Shown here: positions 8,437 to 18,477 of the stretch, piece by piece
Position numbering within the stretch: position 1 is the stretch's first letter
How the letters are laid out: the number at the start of each line of letters is the position of its first letter
Source: an uncultured Planctomycetia bacterium
Lineage (GTDB): Bacteria > Omnitrophota > Gorgyraeia > Duberdicusellales > Duberdicusellaceae
Reading direction: 5' to 3'
Length of the DNA stretch: 64,000 nucleotides
NCBI GenBank assembly: GCA_964634935.1
Contig: CAZWJT010000006.1
Span: 74,189 to 138,188 of the forward strand
Notes under the pieces: generated by a model
Told to the model about the DNA's origin: nothing
Database searches by the model: none
What the model saw: only the letters and a program-made list of their open reading frames with translations
Translations under genes and position numbers: made by a program

Positions 8437-8774
8437 TGGAGGGGTTTGGAGTAGAAAAACGCATGTTTCATCGGTTTCCTTGCGCTATGGGCAGTGTGTC
8501 CGTACGTAACCTGCAGCGTGATTTCGAAAGCAGCGGTCGATGTGTTGATCTTTCTGCTGGCGGGATCAGCTTTGAAACTGAGAAGGTTTTTTTCCCGGGT
8601 GATCCTGTCGAAATCTGGATGGATTTAAAGAACAACCTTTCCTCTTTCCAGCAGGGCGGGAAAGTAGTTTGGGCAAAGCGTATGTATCCTGAAAAATTCC
8701 GGATTGGTATTGAGTTTCAGGAACCCCAACTTACCAAGATTCATCAATTGGTTGAAGGTATTTGTAACTCGTAA
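8433..8774 (+). CDS. PilZ-domain protein (c-di-GMP receptor family)
   Basis: RMFHRFP ... DLSAGGISFE resembles the PilZ RxxxR ... D/NxSxxG motifs. Its ATGATGG start overlaps the upstream stop (translational coupling). Confidence 0.55.
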   Translation: MMEGFGVEKRMFHRFPCAMGSVSVRNLQRDFESSGRCVDLSAGGISFETEKVFFPGDPVEIWMDLKNNLSSFQQGGKVVWAKRMYPEKFRIGIEFQEPQLTKIHQLVEGICNS

Positions 8775-8791
8775 TCTGAAATATTAAGTTA

Positions 8792-8819
8792 TTGAATTAA
8801 ATAATACTTATGGTATAAT
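8792..8819 (+). promoter_or_regulatory. Sigma-70-like promoter TTGAAT-16-TATAAT upstream of the ABC transporter operon
   Basis: ttgaat(8792-8797) ... tataat(8814-8819), followed by AAGGAGG and ATG 8872. Confidence 0.4.
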
Positions 8820-8871
8820 TTCCACCATATTGTCTACCCTCTAATAGCCATCTAGCATGAAGGAGGACGGG

Positions 8872-10167
8872 ATGAGAAATATCTTCTCTGTGGCGGTAAG
8901 TTGTATAATTTTACTGTGCGGATGTTCATCGGAACAACCCTCCCAAAAATCCTCAGCTCGAGAAATAACAGTATGGTATTGGATGGTTGATCGTAAGCAG
9001 GCCTTTGAGGAATTAGCCAAGAAATATGAACAGGAAACCTCAGTCAAGGTCAATTTTAAACTGTTTTCTTCAGATATCTATGCGCAAAAAGTCATTGCTG
9101 CCGCCCGGGCAGGAAGTCTTCCGGAAATTTTCGGCATTCTTGGTGAAAAGAAGATGCTCGCCTCTTTTATCAAAGCCAACCATATTTTAGATTTAACGCC
9201 CTATATGCTGAAGGATTCTTCGGCGTGGAAGAAACGTTTCTATCCTCAAGTTTTAGGGCAGAATTCTTTTGAGAAAAATAATATATACGAAGTGCAGGAA
9301 GGAATTTATGGCGTGCCGATAGATATGATGAATATTCAATTTCTCTACAATCGGGAATTGTTTCAAAAGGCGGGGCTTAACCCGAATCAGCCTCCGGTTA
9401 CTTTTGAAGATTTCATTCAGTATGCTCGTTTGGTGAAGGAGAAGACAGGGGCAAAAGGGTTTGCGTGCGGTTGGGGAGAAGTCTGGCTTATGTCATGTGT
9501 TTTTTCTGAATGGGCGATGAATCTCCTCGGAGAAGATATTTTTCATAAAACGATTCAAGGAAAAATACCGTATACGAGCCCTCAATGGATTGAAGTATTT
9601 AGTCTTTTTGACAGACTGCGCCAAGAAGATGTGCTTCTGCCTAATATTGTAAGCACTATTAATAAAGAAGCTGAGCAGTATTTTGCTGACGGGAAATCCG
9701 CGTTTTCATTTGACGGCAGCTGGTGTATTAACATCTATCAGGAGTTAAATCCCAAGCTTTCCTACGGAGCGTTCCCTTTGCCGATCGTATCAACAAAATT
9801 TCCAATAAGGATCTGGGGCGGTGCTGGCAGTTCTTTTATGGTAAGTGCCATAAGTCCTCAAAAAGAAGAAGCGGTGCTGTTTCTTGCATGGCTGACAAAA
9901 CCAGAACAGCAAAAATATCTTATCCAATCTACCCGGAATCTTCCGGCGATTCAGGGATGCGAAGATACTTTTTCTGAGGCAATGAAGGAATTTGCCAATG
10001 ATGCCGATAAAATCACCCATCCTAATATCTGGCCGAAACAGGAAGATTCCCGGGTAACCGAGGTGATTATTAAGGGGTTGCAGCAGATTGTGATGGGCAT
10101 CACCACCCCGGAAAAAGTCGCTGAAGAAGTCCAGAAAGCAAAGGAGCGGATTGAGAAACAGCAATGA
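8872..10167 (+). CDS. ABC transporter substrate-binding lipoprotein (sugar family)
   Basis: Lipobox LLCGCSS after a hydrophobic N-terminus; size about 430 aa; followed by two MalF/MalG-like permeases; RBS AGGAGG before ATG 8872 (the ORF track starts at an earlier ATG, 8857). Confidence 0.8.
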   Translation: MRNIFSVAVSCIILLCGCSSEQPSQKSSAREITVWYWMVDRKQAFEELAKKYEQETSVKVNFKLFSSDIYAQKVIAAARAGSLPEIFGILGEKKMLASFIKANHILDLTPYMLKDSSAWKKRFYPQVLGQNSFEKNNIYEVQEGIYGVPIDMMNIQFLYNRELFQKAGLNPNQPPVTFEDFIQYARLVKEKTGAKGFACGWGEVWLMSCVFSEWAMNLLGEDIFHKTIQGKIPYTSPQWIEVFSLFDRLRQEDVLLPNIVSTINKEAEQYFADGKSAFSFDGSWCINIYQELNPKLSYGAFPLPIVSTKFPIRIWGGAGSSFMVSAISPQKEEAVLFLAWLTKPEQQKYLIQSTRNLPAIQGCEDTFSEAMKEFANDADKITHPNIWPKQEDSRVTEVIIKGLQQIVMGITTPEKVAEEVQKAKERIEKQQ

Positions 10168-11051
10168 GAAAAGACCTGCTTAAGGAAACAACGATAAGCT
10201 ATTCCTTTATCTTCCCCGCGGTATTTTTGTTCACTATTTTCTATATCTACCCGCTTTTCTATACGCTTTGGCTGAGTTTGCACCGGGGGGATGCTATTTC
10301 GTATATGAAGTTTGTTGGTCTTGCAAATTTTCAGGAAATACTTTTCCAAGACAAAGACTGGTGGCGTTCGATTTATAATGCAGGATTTATTACATTTTGG
10401 GCATTAACATTCCAGAATATCCTTGCGTTTGTTTTGGCGCTCGGCGTCGATAAGGCAATACGTCTGGGTAAACTTTACCGGGTTGTTTTTTTTATTCTGC
10501 CAATTCTTTCTGAGATTATCATCGGGCTTCTGATGCGTGAGATTCTTTTGTCTGAGCCGGGCATTTTCAATAAGCTTCTGTCAAACGTTGGGCTAGGTTT
10601 TGTTATCCGCGATTGGCTTAGTTCAGGAAATGTTCTGCTTACTACAGCTCTTGTGCATTGTTGGAAAGGATTTGGCTGGGCATTTGTGATTTTTCTCGCA
10701 GGTTTACAATCAATCCCCGCACAGCTCTATGAGGCAGCTCGAGTTGATGGAGCAAACGCTTGGCAAAGTTTTCTGAAGGTGACCTTGCCGCTTATGATTC
10801 CGGTAACTGCTATGGTTTTTGTTTTGACTATCCTTGGTACTATGCAGGCATTTGCCATGATTCTTGCTTTAACCCGAGGCGCAGGAGGTCTCACTGAGGT
10901 TCCGGTTATGCGCATCTACAACCATCTAAAAGACGGACAAGTCGGGTTTGCATGTGCTGAAGGGGTTATCCTTGGGGCACTCCTTGTTTTTGTTTCGTTC
11001 GTGATGTTCAAATTCTCGAAAGCGGTGCGAGAAAAGTATGGTGTATTATAA
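10164..11051 (+). CDS. ABC transporter permease (MalF-like, sugar)
   Basis: Six-TM profile; EAA-like loop AARVDGANAWQSFLKVTLP. Confidence 0.85.
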   Translation: MRKDLLKETTISYSFIFPAVFLFTIFYIYPLFYTLWLSLHRGDAISYMKFVGLANFQEILFQDKDWWRSIYNAGFITFWALTFQNILAFVLALGVDKAIRLGKLYRVVFFILPILSEIIIGLLMREILLSEPGIFNKLLSNVGLGFVIRDWLSSGNVLLTTALVHCWKGFGWAFVIFLAGLQSIPAQLYEAARVDGANAWQSFLKVTLPLMIPVTAMVFVLTILGTMQAFAMILALTRGAGGLTEVPVMRIYNHLKDGQVGFACAEGVILGALLVFVSFVMFKFSKAVREKYGVL

Positions 11052-11877
11052 GGCAAAAAAAATAGCATTACTTGTCATTATTCATACATTTCTTTTGAGT
11101 GTGGCTTTAAGCTGCGTCTATCCGCTTGTCTGGATGATTAATGCATCGTTCAAAACCGAACATGAATTTCGGCAAGATCAAGGTCTTTCTTTTGCTCAGG
11201 GTTTCAATCTTTCCAACTATGGAACTGCGTTGCGCGAAGGGAATCTCGGGATCAATTTTCTCAATAGCGTTTTTTATACATTTATAACTGTTACTTCCAT
11301 TGTATTTGTTTCTGCTCTTGCAGCATACGCATTCTCGCGTCTTAAATTTCCCGGGAAAAATATTCTTTTCGGAATGTTCCTTGCGGCAATGATGATACCA
11401 CTACCTGCCGGGTTTGTTCCAGTCTATATTTTGCTCAACAAGCTTCATCTTGTAAATAGAATTGGGTATGTTTTTGCAATGGTCAATATGGGGCTTTCCT
11501 TAAGTATCTATCTTTTGAAGACTTTTTTTGACCAGCTTCCTTCGGCGCTTGAAGATGCTGCCAGGATTGACGGATGCGGACATTTTGGGGTCTGGTGGCA
11601 TGTTGCTTTGCCGCTTGTCCGGCCAGCGTTAGCAGTAGTGGTTATTTTTAATGCGCTCACAGTTTGGAACGAATTTGTGCTTGCCTCGCTTATGTTTAAT
11701 AGTGAAACGCTCATGCCGCTTCAGGTTGGTTTGATGGAATTCTATAATCGGAATGTTATCCAGCATACATTACTTATGGCTTCGCTCACGATCGGGGCTG
11801 TTCCGATAATCCTTGTATATCTGAAGATGCAGAAACAGATTATCAAGGGTATTACCCAGGGAGCTTTGGTAGGATGA
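11038..11877 (+). CDS. ABC transporter permease (MalG-like, sugar)
   Basis: EAA loop DAARIDGCGHFGVWWHVALPLVRP; overlaps the upstream permease. Confidence 0.85.
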   Translation: MVYYKAKKIALLVIIHTFLLSVALSCVYPLVWMINASFKTEHEFRQDQGLSFAQGFNLSNYGTALREGNLGINFLNSVFYTFITVTSIVFVSALAAYAFSRLKFPGKNILFGMFLAAMMIPLPAGFVPVYILLNKLHLVNRIGYVFAMVNMGLSLSIYLLKTFFDQLPSALEDAARIDGCGHFGVWWHVALPLVRPALAVVVIFNALTVWNEFVLASLMFNSETLMPLQVGLMEFYNRNVIQHTLLMASLTIGAVPIILVYLKMQKQIIKGITQGALVG

Positions 11878-14162
11878 AGGAACTTTTTTCTTTAATACAT
11901 TGTCTAAGAAGTAGAATGATAAAGCAATGCGTGTTTATTGTGGCTTGTTTTCTGGTGTTTTTACCAGCGCTTCTTGCTCAGTCTGATTCTTCGGAATATC
12001 TTACAAAAGCTTGGGAAGCGCTGGGAAAGCGTAATTTTGAAGAAGTTGCACAGTTGACTGCGCGCTGTGCCCAAGAATTTGGCCCTCAGGCTGATTTGCT
12101 TGCGCAAGGTATGACGAAAATACCTGAGCAGGAGGAATCAAAATACAAGGTATTGAATGATGTCGCAGTGTGCTATTTTGTTCAAGGCGAGTCTTTAATG
12201 CGCCAAGGGAAAATTGAAGAGGCAAAGGAGGTTTTTCGAACACTTATCGGGAAATACCCCTATGCATCTGGTTGGGATCCGCGCGGTTGGTTCTGGTCAG
12301 TAAAGGAGAAGGCGGAGATCACTCTCACTAAACTCGAGAAAGGCGTGATTGAAGAGGACAATATTGAGAAAAATATTGTTATCACGCAGATTACCCTTGC
12401 TGATCCGGGAGCTTCACTGCCAATTGAATATGAGAAATTTGGTCAATTCAAAGGGGTTGGGACAAAAGACTATGAGTTTATGGTTACTGATATGGAGGGT
12501 TTAGTGAAGGCTGCGGGGGAAGGCGTTTATCCAAACTCGACCTCGGTACGCTATGATCCAGAGTTTGTGCGGATGAAAAATAACAAGGAATTGCAAGCAA
12601 AGCATTGGGATATTTTGAATGGCAGGGATTTGAAGAAAGCGTTCTATATTTGGAATATTTGCGGAGAGCCAGCGGGCATTAAACAGTTTTATATCGGAGA
12701 TCTTCTTGAACGGAGTGGTCTTATCGAACAAGCAGTCAAAGCGTACTATGCCTGTCTTGTATTTTTTCCTCGCACCTACGGTTGGACATATTGGCATACA
12801 CCGTGGTATATAGCTGAAGCAGCTCTTGCCCGTATTGAGTATCTATTAAGTACTTTCCCGCATCTTGGTTTAAGACTTGAAGGGGCTTCGGTAAAGATTG
12901 TAAACGGTTTTGACTACGATGTTTCAAACGATGTTTTTGTTATTAATCCTGGTAAGATTGTGCGAAGCGAATCTTTGAATTCTGATATTCGTAAGAAGCT
13001 GGGAGCTGTTCAGAAGAGCGTTGGTACAACGGTGCGTCTTGTACAGTATGAATCAGGCGATTGGCAGCTTTTTGTCCACGATAAACCGTTTATTGTTAAA
13101 GGCATTACATATGCTCCGACAAGGGTAGGAGAGAGCCCGGATGAGGGTACTCTTGCGAATTGGACAGAGCAGGACACAAATAAAAACGGACTTATTGATG
13201 GTCCATTTGATACCTGGGTTGACAAAGATTATAATGGAAAGCAGGATCCTGGCGAGGAAATACAAGGTGATTTTAAGTTACTCAAAGATATGGGGGTCAA
13301 TGCATTACGGGTATACCATCAACCAGCAGAGCCTAATAAAAAACTTTTTAAAACTCTTTACGAAAATTATGGTATAATGGTTATTATGGCTGATTTCCTC
13401 GGAAAATATGCGATTGGAAGTGGTGCTTCTTGGTCCGAAGGAACAAACTATTCCGACTTAAAACATCAAGAAAATATGTTGAGTTCTGTTCGAAAAATGG
13501 TTCTTGAGTACAAAGATGAGCCCTATATTCTTTTTTGGTTGCTCGGGAATGAAAATGTTTATGGGGTTGCCTGTAACGCGAACAAAGATCCGGAGAGCTT
13601 CTTTAAATTTGCGAACAAGGCAGCGCAACTGATTAAAGAGCTTGACCCTACGCGTCCGGTGGCAATTGCCAGCGGTGATGTTTTGTATCTTGATATTTTT
13701 GGGAAACACGCACCCGATATTGATATTTTTGGTACGAATGCTTATCGGGGTAAATATGGTTTTGGTTTCATCTGGGATCAGGTAAAAGAATTTGCCAATA
13801 AGCCGTGCTTGATTACTGAATATGGTGCTCCAGCCTATGGAGAGGGTTATTCCGCTCAAGAAGCTGAAGATTTCCAGGCGGAATATCACCGTGCTAATTG
13901 GGCTCATATTATGCGCAATTCTTGTTGTCAAGGAGCGGGAAACGCCTTAGGAGGGATTGTTTTCGAGTGGCTTGATGAATGGTGGAAGGCTTATGAGCCG
14001 GCATACCATGACAGAAAAGGTCTTTTTACCGGGCCATTCTTAGATGGTTTTATGCACGAAGAGTGGCTTGGGCTTGTTTCTCAGGGTGATGGAAAAAATT
14101 CCCCGTTTTTAAGAAAATTAAGAAAAGCATATTTCACCTACCAGAATATCTGGAAAAACTGA
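11874..14162 (+). CDS. Secreted TPR-containing protein with C-terminal clan GH-A-like TIM-barrel glycosidase domain
   Basis: Signal peptide; KGITYAP...NALRVYH...LLGNENVYG...ITEYGAPAYGE...FEWLDEWWK; paralogous to the 15480..16706 product. Confidence 0.6.
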   Translation: MKELFSLIHCLRSRMIKQCVFIVACFLVFLPALLAQSDSSEYLTKAWEALGKRNFEEVAQLTARCAQEFGPQADLLAQGMTKIPEQEESKYKVLNDVAVCYFVQGESLMRQGKIEEAKEVFRTLIGKYPYASGWDPRGWFWSVKEKAEITLTKLEKGVIEEDNIEKNIVITQITLADPGASLPIEYEKFGQFKGVGTKDYEFMVTDMEGLVKAAGEGVYPNSTSVRYDPEFVRMKNNKELQAKHWDILNGRDLKKAFYIWNICGEPAGIKQFYIGDLLERSGLIEQAVKAYYACLVFFPRTYGWTYWHTPWYIAEAALARIEYLLSTFPHLGLRLEGASVKIVNGFDYDVSNDVFVINPGKIVRSESLNSDIRKKLGAVQKSVGTTVRLVQYESGDWQLFVHDKPFIVKGITYAPTRVGESPDEGTLANWTEQDTNKNGLIDGPFDTWVDKDYNGKQDPGEEIQGDFKLLKDMGVNALRVYHQPAEPNKKLFKTLYENYGIMVIMADFLGKYAIGSGASWSEGTNYSDLKHQENMLSSVRKMVLEYKDEPYILFWLLGNENVYGVACNANKDPESFFKFANKAAQLIKELDPTRPVAIASGDVLYLDIFGKHAPDIDIFGTNAYRGKYGFGFIWDQVKEFANKPCLITEYGAPAYGEGYSAQEAEDFQAEYHRANWAHIMRNSCCQGAGNALGGIVFEWLDEWWKAYEPAYHDRKGLFTGPFLDGFMHEEWLGLVSQGDGKNSPFLRKLRKAYFTYQNIWKN

Positions 14163-14233
14163 ATGCCAAGATATTGATTGCGAAAGAGGAAGAGTTGTTA
14201 CGCAGAATACATAGGCAAAAAGAAGGGGGTAGT

Positions 14234-15406
14234 ATGAGAAAAATAATTTCATTGAGTCTGGTTTTGTTCTTGTGCAGTATCGGGTCGCTTTTTGCTCAGG
14301 CAGTAAGCCCAGAAGGCGCACAAGATGTAAAGAAGTTCGATGTGTACACGGATAAGGCTTCGCCATCGAACCATTACGCTCCAAGCGGATGGATGGGTGA
14401 TGTGGGCGATCTTTCTCTTGATGATCAGAATATGGAAAGTCCTTATTCTGGTTCTACCGCAATCAAAATCACCTATTCGGCAAAAAGAGTTCAAAGCAAA
14501 GGTTGGGCAGGAATCTACTGGCAGAATCCGGCGAACAACTGGGGTAACCGCAAAGGCGGTTTTGATTTAACCGGATACAATAAACTTATTTTCATGGCCA
14601 AAGGTGCCCAAGGCGGAGAGGTGCTTTCTAAGGTGAAAGTTGGCGGTATTGGAGCAACGGGCGATGTTCCTTATCCTGATTCAGCAGAGAAAGAGTCAGG
14701 ACCGATCCAGCTCACCAATGAGTGGAAAGAGTATGTCGTGAATCTCACCGACAAAGACCTTTCTTATATCAGCGGGGGATTTGCTGTTATTTTTGAGGCC
14801 GACCAGAATCAAGCAGGCGCAGAAATATTTTTAGACGATGTTGCCTTTGTATTTGACCCGGACTTAAAAGCTGAAAAGAATGAGATTTCCTTTCCTTTCT
14901 ATATTTATTCAGACGGAGGGTCTTTGGATAACCATTTCATTCCTTCCGGATGGATGCCGGCCACAGCAGCACAAGACATCAAGTTTAACCAATACGAGAA
15001 GACCGCTCCTTACTCTGGAACGAGCGCCATCCGTATTGATTACAAAGATGTTTCTGGTACTCGCTGGGCAGGAATCTACTGGCAGAATCCCGCAGAAAAC
15101 TGGGGCGCCAAAGATGGGGGCATTAATCTTACCGGAGCAACAAAGCTTACTTTCTGGGCTCGCGGAGAAAAGGGCGGAGAAAGAATAGAAGAAGTCAAGG
15201 TAGGCGGTATTATGGGGCAGTATTCTGACTCAGATTCCGCTGGCATTGGTCCAGTTGTGCTCACGAAAGAGTGGAAACAATATACGATTGATTTACGCGG
15301 CAAAGATTTAAATTCAATCATCGGTGGTTTCTGTTGGGCGACAAATACCGACGTAAATCCTGAAGGAGCGACATTCTATTTTGACGAAATAAAATACGAG
15401 AAATAA
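14234..15406 (+). CDS. Secreted protein with two tandem about 165-aa carbohydrate-binding-module-like repeats
   Basis: Signal peptide MRKIISLSLVLFLCSIGSLFAQA. Internal duplication: SPYSGSTAIKITYS...WAGIYWQNPANNWG...KVGGIG versus APYSGTSAIRIDYK...WAGIYWQNPAENWG...KVGGIMG. Confidence 0.7.
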   Translation: MRKIISLSLVLFLCSIGSLFAQAVSPEGAQDVKKFDVYTDKASPSNHYAPSGWMGDVGDLSLDDQNMESPYSGSTAIKITYSAKRVQSKGWAGIYWQNPANNWGNRKGGFDLTGYNKLIFMAKGAQGGEVLSKVKVGGIGATGDVPYPDSAEKESGPIQLTNEWKEYVVNLTDKDLSYISGGFAVIFEADQNQAGAEIFLDDVAFVFDPDLKAEKNEISFPFYIYSDGGSLDNHFIPSGWMPATAAQDIKFNQYEKTAPYSGTSAIRIDYKDVSGTRWAGIYWQNPAENWGAKDGGINLTGATKLTFWARGEKGGERIEEVKVGGIMGQYSDSDSAGIGPVVLTKEWKQYTIDLRGKDLNSIIGGFCWATNTDVNPEGATFYFDEIKYEK

Positions 15407-15412
15407 TAAACG

Positions 15413-15460
15413 GAAGGCCCTCGGTAGAAGCTTTTTCTACCGGGGGCCTTTTCTCTGTTT
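15413..15460 (+). terminator. Rho-independent terminator
   Basis: GGCCCTCGGTAGAAgctttTTCTACCGGGGGCC hairpin followed by TTTTCTCTGTTT. Confidence 0.65.
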
Positions 15461-15479
15461 ATGCATAAACTATAAGTGT

Positions 15480-16706
15480 ATGCTGGCGCGATTCTTCCTA
15501 ATCTGGTTGATGTTCTTTTGGGGGTGTTGTGGGTTTCTTCAGGCAGCGGAAATCAAGCTTGAGAAGAAACGTTCAGGCGCCCGCGTTCTCCTTGTAGACA
15601 AAAAACCTTTTTTGATCAAAGGAGTTGCCTATCATCCTATTCCTCCCGGAAAAGATTATAACTATAATTTTTGGAAAGATCTTTCATCTCTGGAAAAAGA
15701 CGCTGCGCTTATGCAAAAAGCTGGTTTTAATGCGGTGCGTTTTTACACGCATGGAGAGTCTTTAGAGGAGACAAAGGCGGTAATCCGGTTGCTTCATGAG
15801 AAATACGGTATTTATACGATCATGGGAAACTGGCTTGGTTTTTGGAACTATCCGTGTCCTTTCTATGGCAACAAAGAATACCAGGCAAAGATAAAGCAGG
15901 AAGTTTTGGAAGTTGTTCAGGCCTTGAAAGACGAACCAGGATTGCTGTTTTGGGTGTTGGGAAATGAGAATAATTATTCTTTTTCTGGTAAAGTCAACTA
16001 CTGGACGTGTCCCGAAGTAGATTCGATCCAAGAACCATGTGACCAGATTCAGAAGAGAGCGCAGATTTACTATGGTTTTGTAAACGACGTGACGAAAGCA
16101 ATCAAAAAGATTGATCCGCGTCATCCGGTCGCTCTTGGTAATGGCGAACTGGTTACCCTTGACAGTGCCGCAAAATATGCTCCGGATGTTGATGCGCTTG
16201 CTCTTATTTTCTATCGGGGGAAAAGCTTTGGAAATATTTTTAAATCAATCAAGAAAATTTTTGATAAACCTGTTTTTATCTCTGAGATGGGCTGCGATGC
16301 ATACAATGCTTTTCGCAACGAGGAAGATCAAGATGTGCAGGCGGAATTTTTGCTTGCCCAATGGAGTGAACTCTACAAGAATTCAGTATTCTTTAATGCC
16401 AAAGAAGGCAATTGTATTGGAGGAGTGGTTTTTGAGTGGATTGATGAGTGGTGGAAACATAATCCTGATGATCCATCCCGCTGGGCTTATCAGGATTCCC
16501 AGGGCGGATGGTCAAATGGGTCGTACTACCACGACATAAAAGCTGCCCGCAATCTGAATATGAACGAAGAATGGTTTGGGATTATTTCTTGGGAGAAGGC
16601 AGGGAAGGAATACAAACGGGTTCCCCGGAAAGCGTACTATATGCTTCGGGAGTTTTTCCTCGCACCGGAGAATTTTTTAAATGGAGGAAGAAGCAATGGG
16701 AAATAA
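15480..16706 (+). CDS. Secreted clan GH-A-like TIM-barrel glycosidase (paralogue of the 11874 C-terminal domain)
   Basis: KGVAYHP...NAVRFYTH...VLGNENNYS...SEMGCDAYN...FEWIDEWWKH. Confidence 0.6.
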   Translation: MLARFFLIWLMFFWGCCGFLQAAEIKLEKKRSGARVLLVDKKPFLIKGVAYHPIPPGKDYNYNFWKDLSSLEKDAALMQKAGFNAVRFYTHGESLEETKAVIRLLHEKYGIYTIMGNWLGFWNYPCPFYGNKEYQAKIKQEVLEVVQALKDEPGLLFWVLGNENNYSFSGKVNYWTCPEVDSIQEPCDQIQKRAQIYYGFVNDVTKAIKKIDPRHPVALGNGELVTLDSAAKYAPDVDALALIFYRGKSFGNIFKSIKKIFDKPVFISEMGCDAYNAFRNEEDQDVQAEFLLAQWSELYKNSVFFNAKEGNCIGGVVFEWIDEWWKHNPDDPSRWAYQDSQGGWSNGSYYHDIKAARNLNMNEEWFGIISWEKAGKEYKRVPRKAYYMLREFFLAPENFLNGGRSNGK

Positions 16707-18336
16707 ATTAATCATTCTTACGCTTTTTGTATTAGTTTTCAGTGGAGTGATTTTAGCCGAAGAGGTTTCCTTATTCGACAGGTACCAGGAGTTTTCCGAG
16801 AAGAAAGACTTTTCTGGTTTTTTAAGATTTCTTGAGACAGAAGAAGCGCACGGTTTGAATTGTGAAAAGGCTTATTTGAAGGCGTTAGCGCTCTTTGAAC
16901 AACTGAAGTTTTGGCAAGATAGGAGACAATGGGAGGAATTTTTTGAACGGAAGATCCAAATCCGCGATGAAATTATTCAACTCTGCAGTTTTACCGAAGG
17001 TGATCCTTTCCTCTGCCGGCTGCGCGGGAAGTTTCTTCTATGGAGGTTATTTGATTTTCTCAAAGAGAAGAAGATTACCGATGCTGAGATTGAGCTCGTT
17101 GCTCTTGCTCAAAAAGTCAATTCTGCCCAGAAAGAAGAGGTCGATTTTCTGAAAAGCATCATTTTTTACTTCAGCAATTTGGAAGACAAAAAAATGAGGA
17201 AACAATTTTCTGATATTTATGTCGGTGTGCTGAAGGATTCACGGAATCCAGAGCTTTTGCTAGCGGAAGTCAGGGTATTTATTGAGAAAGATGATTTGGA
17301 AGGAGCTTTTGCTTTGGCAAAGGCTTATTTGGGCCTTTCAGGAAAGGACCAAGAATATTTCCTGCGTTCATTTCTCGGGGAATTTGGTTGTTTTGGTCTT
17401 GCAGGCGGTTGTGATCCTTATTTTGGGGAATATTTTTTCTCGAAATATCATACGTCTTACGGCCGGCTCAATGCCGATTTGCTTTATCTGCGCGGGTACA
17501 ACCTTGAGAAGGGTTTCGAATATCAGAAAGCAAAAACAATTTACAAGAAGTTTCTGACTGAGTTTCCCCAAGACCCTTTAATCCCAGAAGTCCGTTTCCG
17601 TCTTGGTTTTTTGCTTTTTTATCAATTCCGAAATATGCGTTTGGCATCCTTGGTATTTAAACATCCTGGATTTGCGGGAGATTCTTATTTTCAAGATTTG
17701 GTTACGCAGCACTGCGCGTTGATTGAAAAGAACGGAATTCTCTCTGAGCCCGAACACAATACCAAAGTGTTCTTCGACACTTTATTTTCCAAAGAAGGAG
17801 ATTTCTCGGGAAAAGTTTCGCTTGTTAGTATTCCTTCGCGGGCGTTTGCAGGTACCCCTCTCTCAATAAAGGCTCTGGTCGCTGCTTCGGGAACGGGTTG
17901 TCTTGTCCCAAACGCTCTTTTTCTGTGGAGCGGAGACTTTGGAGATGTTCGAGTGGTGACGAATACCAACGTGCTGGATACTTCATTTCGCCAGAGTGGC
18001 TTTAAAATAGCGCGCGTTGCTGAAGTTGTTTCTTCGCAGGTTGAAGGCATCGACGCAACCCTGATCACGCTCTACCAGGCGAATATCTCCGTAGCGGATG
18101 AGGTTTTTTCGGTAAAAAAACCAGTTACGTTTAATCTAGCCATTGCTCCTGCACTTCCCCAGAGTGTTTTGACTTATTCCTGGGTGATAAGCGGCCCTGA
18201 GAATTTTTCATCTGACCAGCCAAACGTAGATCATGTTTTTTCTTCTCCTGGTATATACCAAGGGACAGTTACTGTTTCGTTGCTTTCACGGAAGTTTGTT
18301 GTAAAGAGCTTCTCTTTTAAGATCAACGCTTCCTAG
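16696..18336 (+). CDS. Secreted hypothetical protein (helical/TPR-like N-terminal part, beta-rich C-terminal part)
   Basis: Signal peptide MGNKLIILTLFVLVFSGVILA; RBS GGAGGA 6 nt upstream of ATG 16696. Confidence 0.55.
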   Translation: MGNKLIILTLFVLVFSGVILAEEVSLFDRYQEFSEKKDFSGFLRFLETEEAHGLNCEKAYLKALALFEQLKFWQDRRQWEEFFERKIQIRDEIIQLCSFTEGDPFLCRLRGKFLLWRLFDFLKEKKITDAEIELVALAQKVNSAQKEEVDFLKSIIFYFSNLEDKKMRKQFSDIYVGVLKDSRNPELLLAEVRVFIEKDDLEGAFALAKAYLGLSGKDQEYFLRSFLGEFGCFGLAGGCDPYFGEYFFSKYHTSYGRLNADLLYLRGYNLEKGFEYQKAKTIYKKFLTEFPQDPLIPEVRFRLGFLLFYQFRNMRLASLVFKHPGFAGDSYFQDLVTQHCALIEKNGILSEPEHNTKVFFDTLFSKEGDFSGKVSLVSIPSRAFAGTPLSIKALVAASGTGCLVPNALFLWSGDFGDVRVVTNTNVLDTSFRQSGFKIARVAEVVSSQVEGIDATLITLYQANISVADEVFSVKKPVTFNLAIAPALPQSVLTYSWVISGPENFSSDQPNVDHVFSSPGIYQGTVTVSLLSRKFVVKSFSFKINAS

Positions 18337-18427
18337 GCTTTTCGAAGAACCCGATAGATACCTTCCCGACGCGAACTGATTTCTAGATTGCCCAGAAAAA
18401 ATTTCTACAACTATTTCCAAAAATGTA

Positions 18428-18456
18428 TTGCAATTGAAAATTATCTTTGCTAAAAT
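18428..18456 (+). promoter_or_regulatory. Sigma-70-like promoter TTGCAA-17-TAAAAT
   Basis: Lies in the 140-bp AT-rich gap ahead of ATG 18478. Confidence 0.4.
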
Positions 18457-18477
18457 TTTACTAATATAATATTATTT

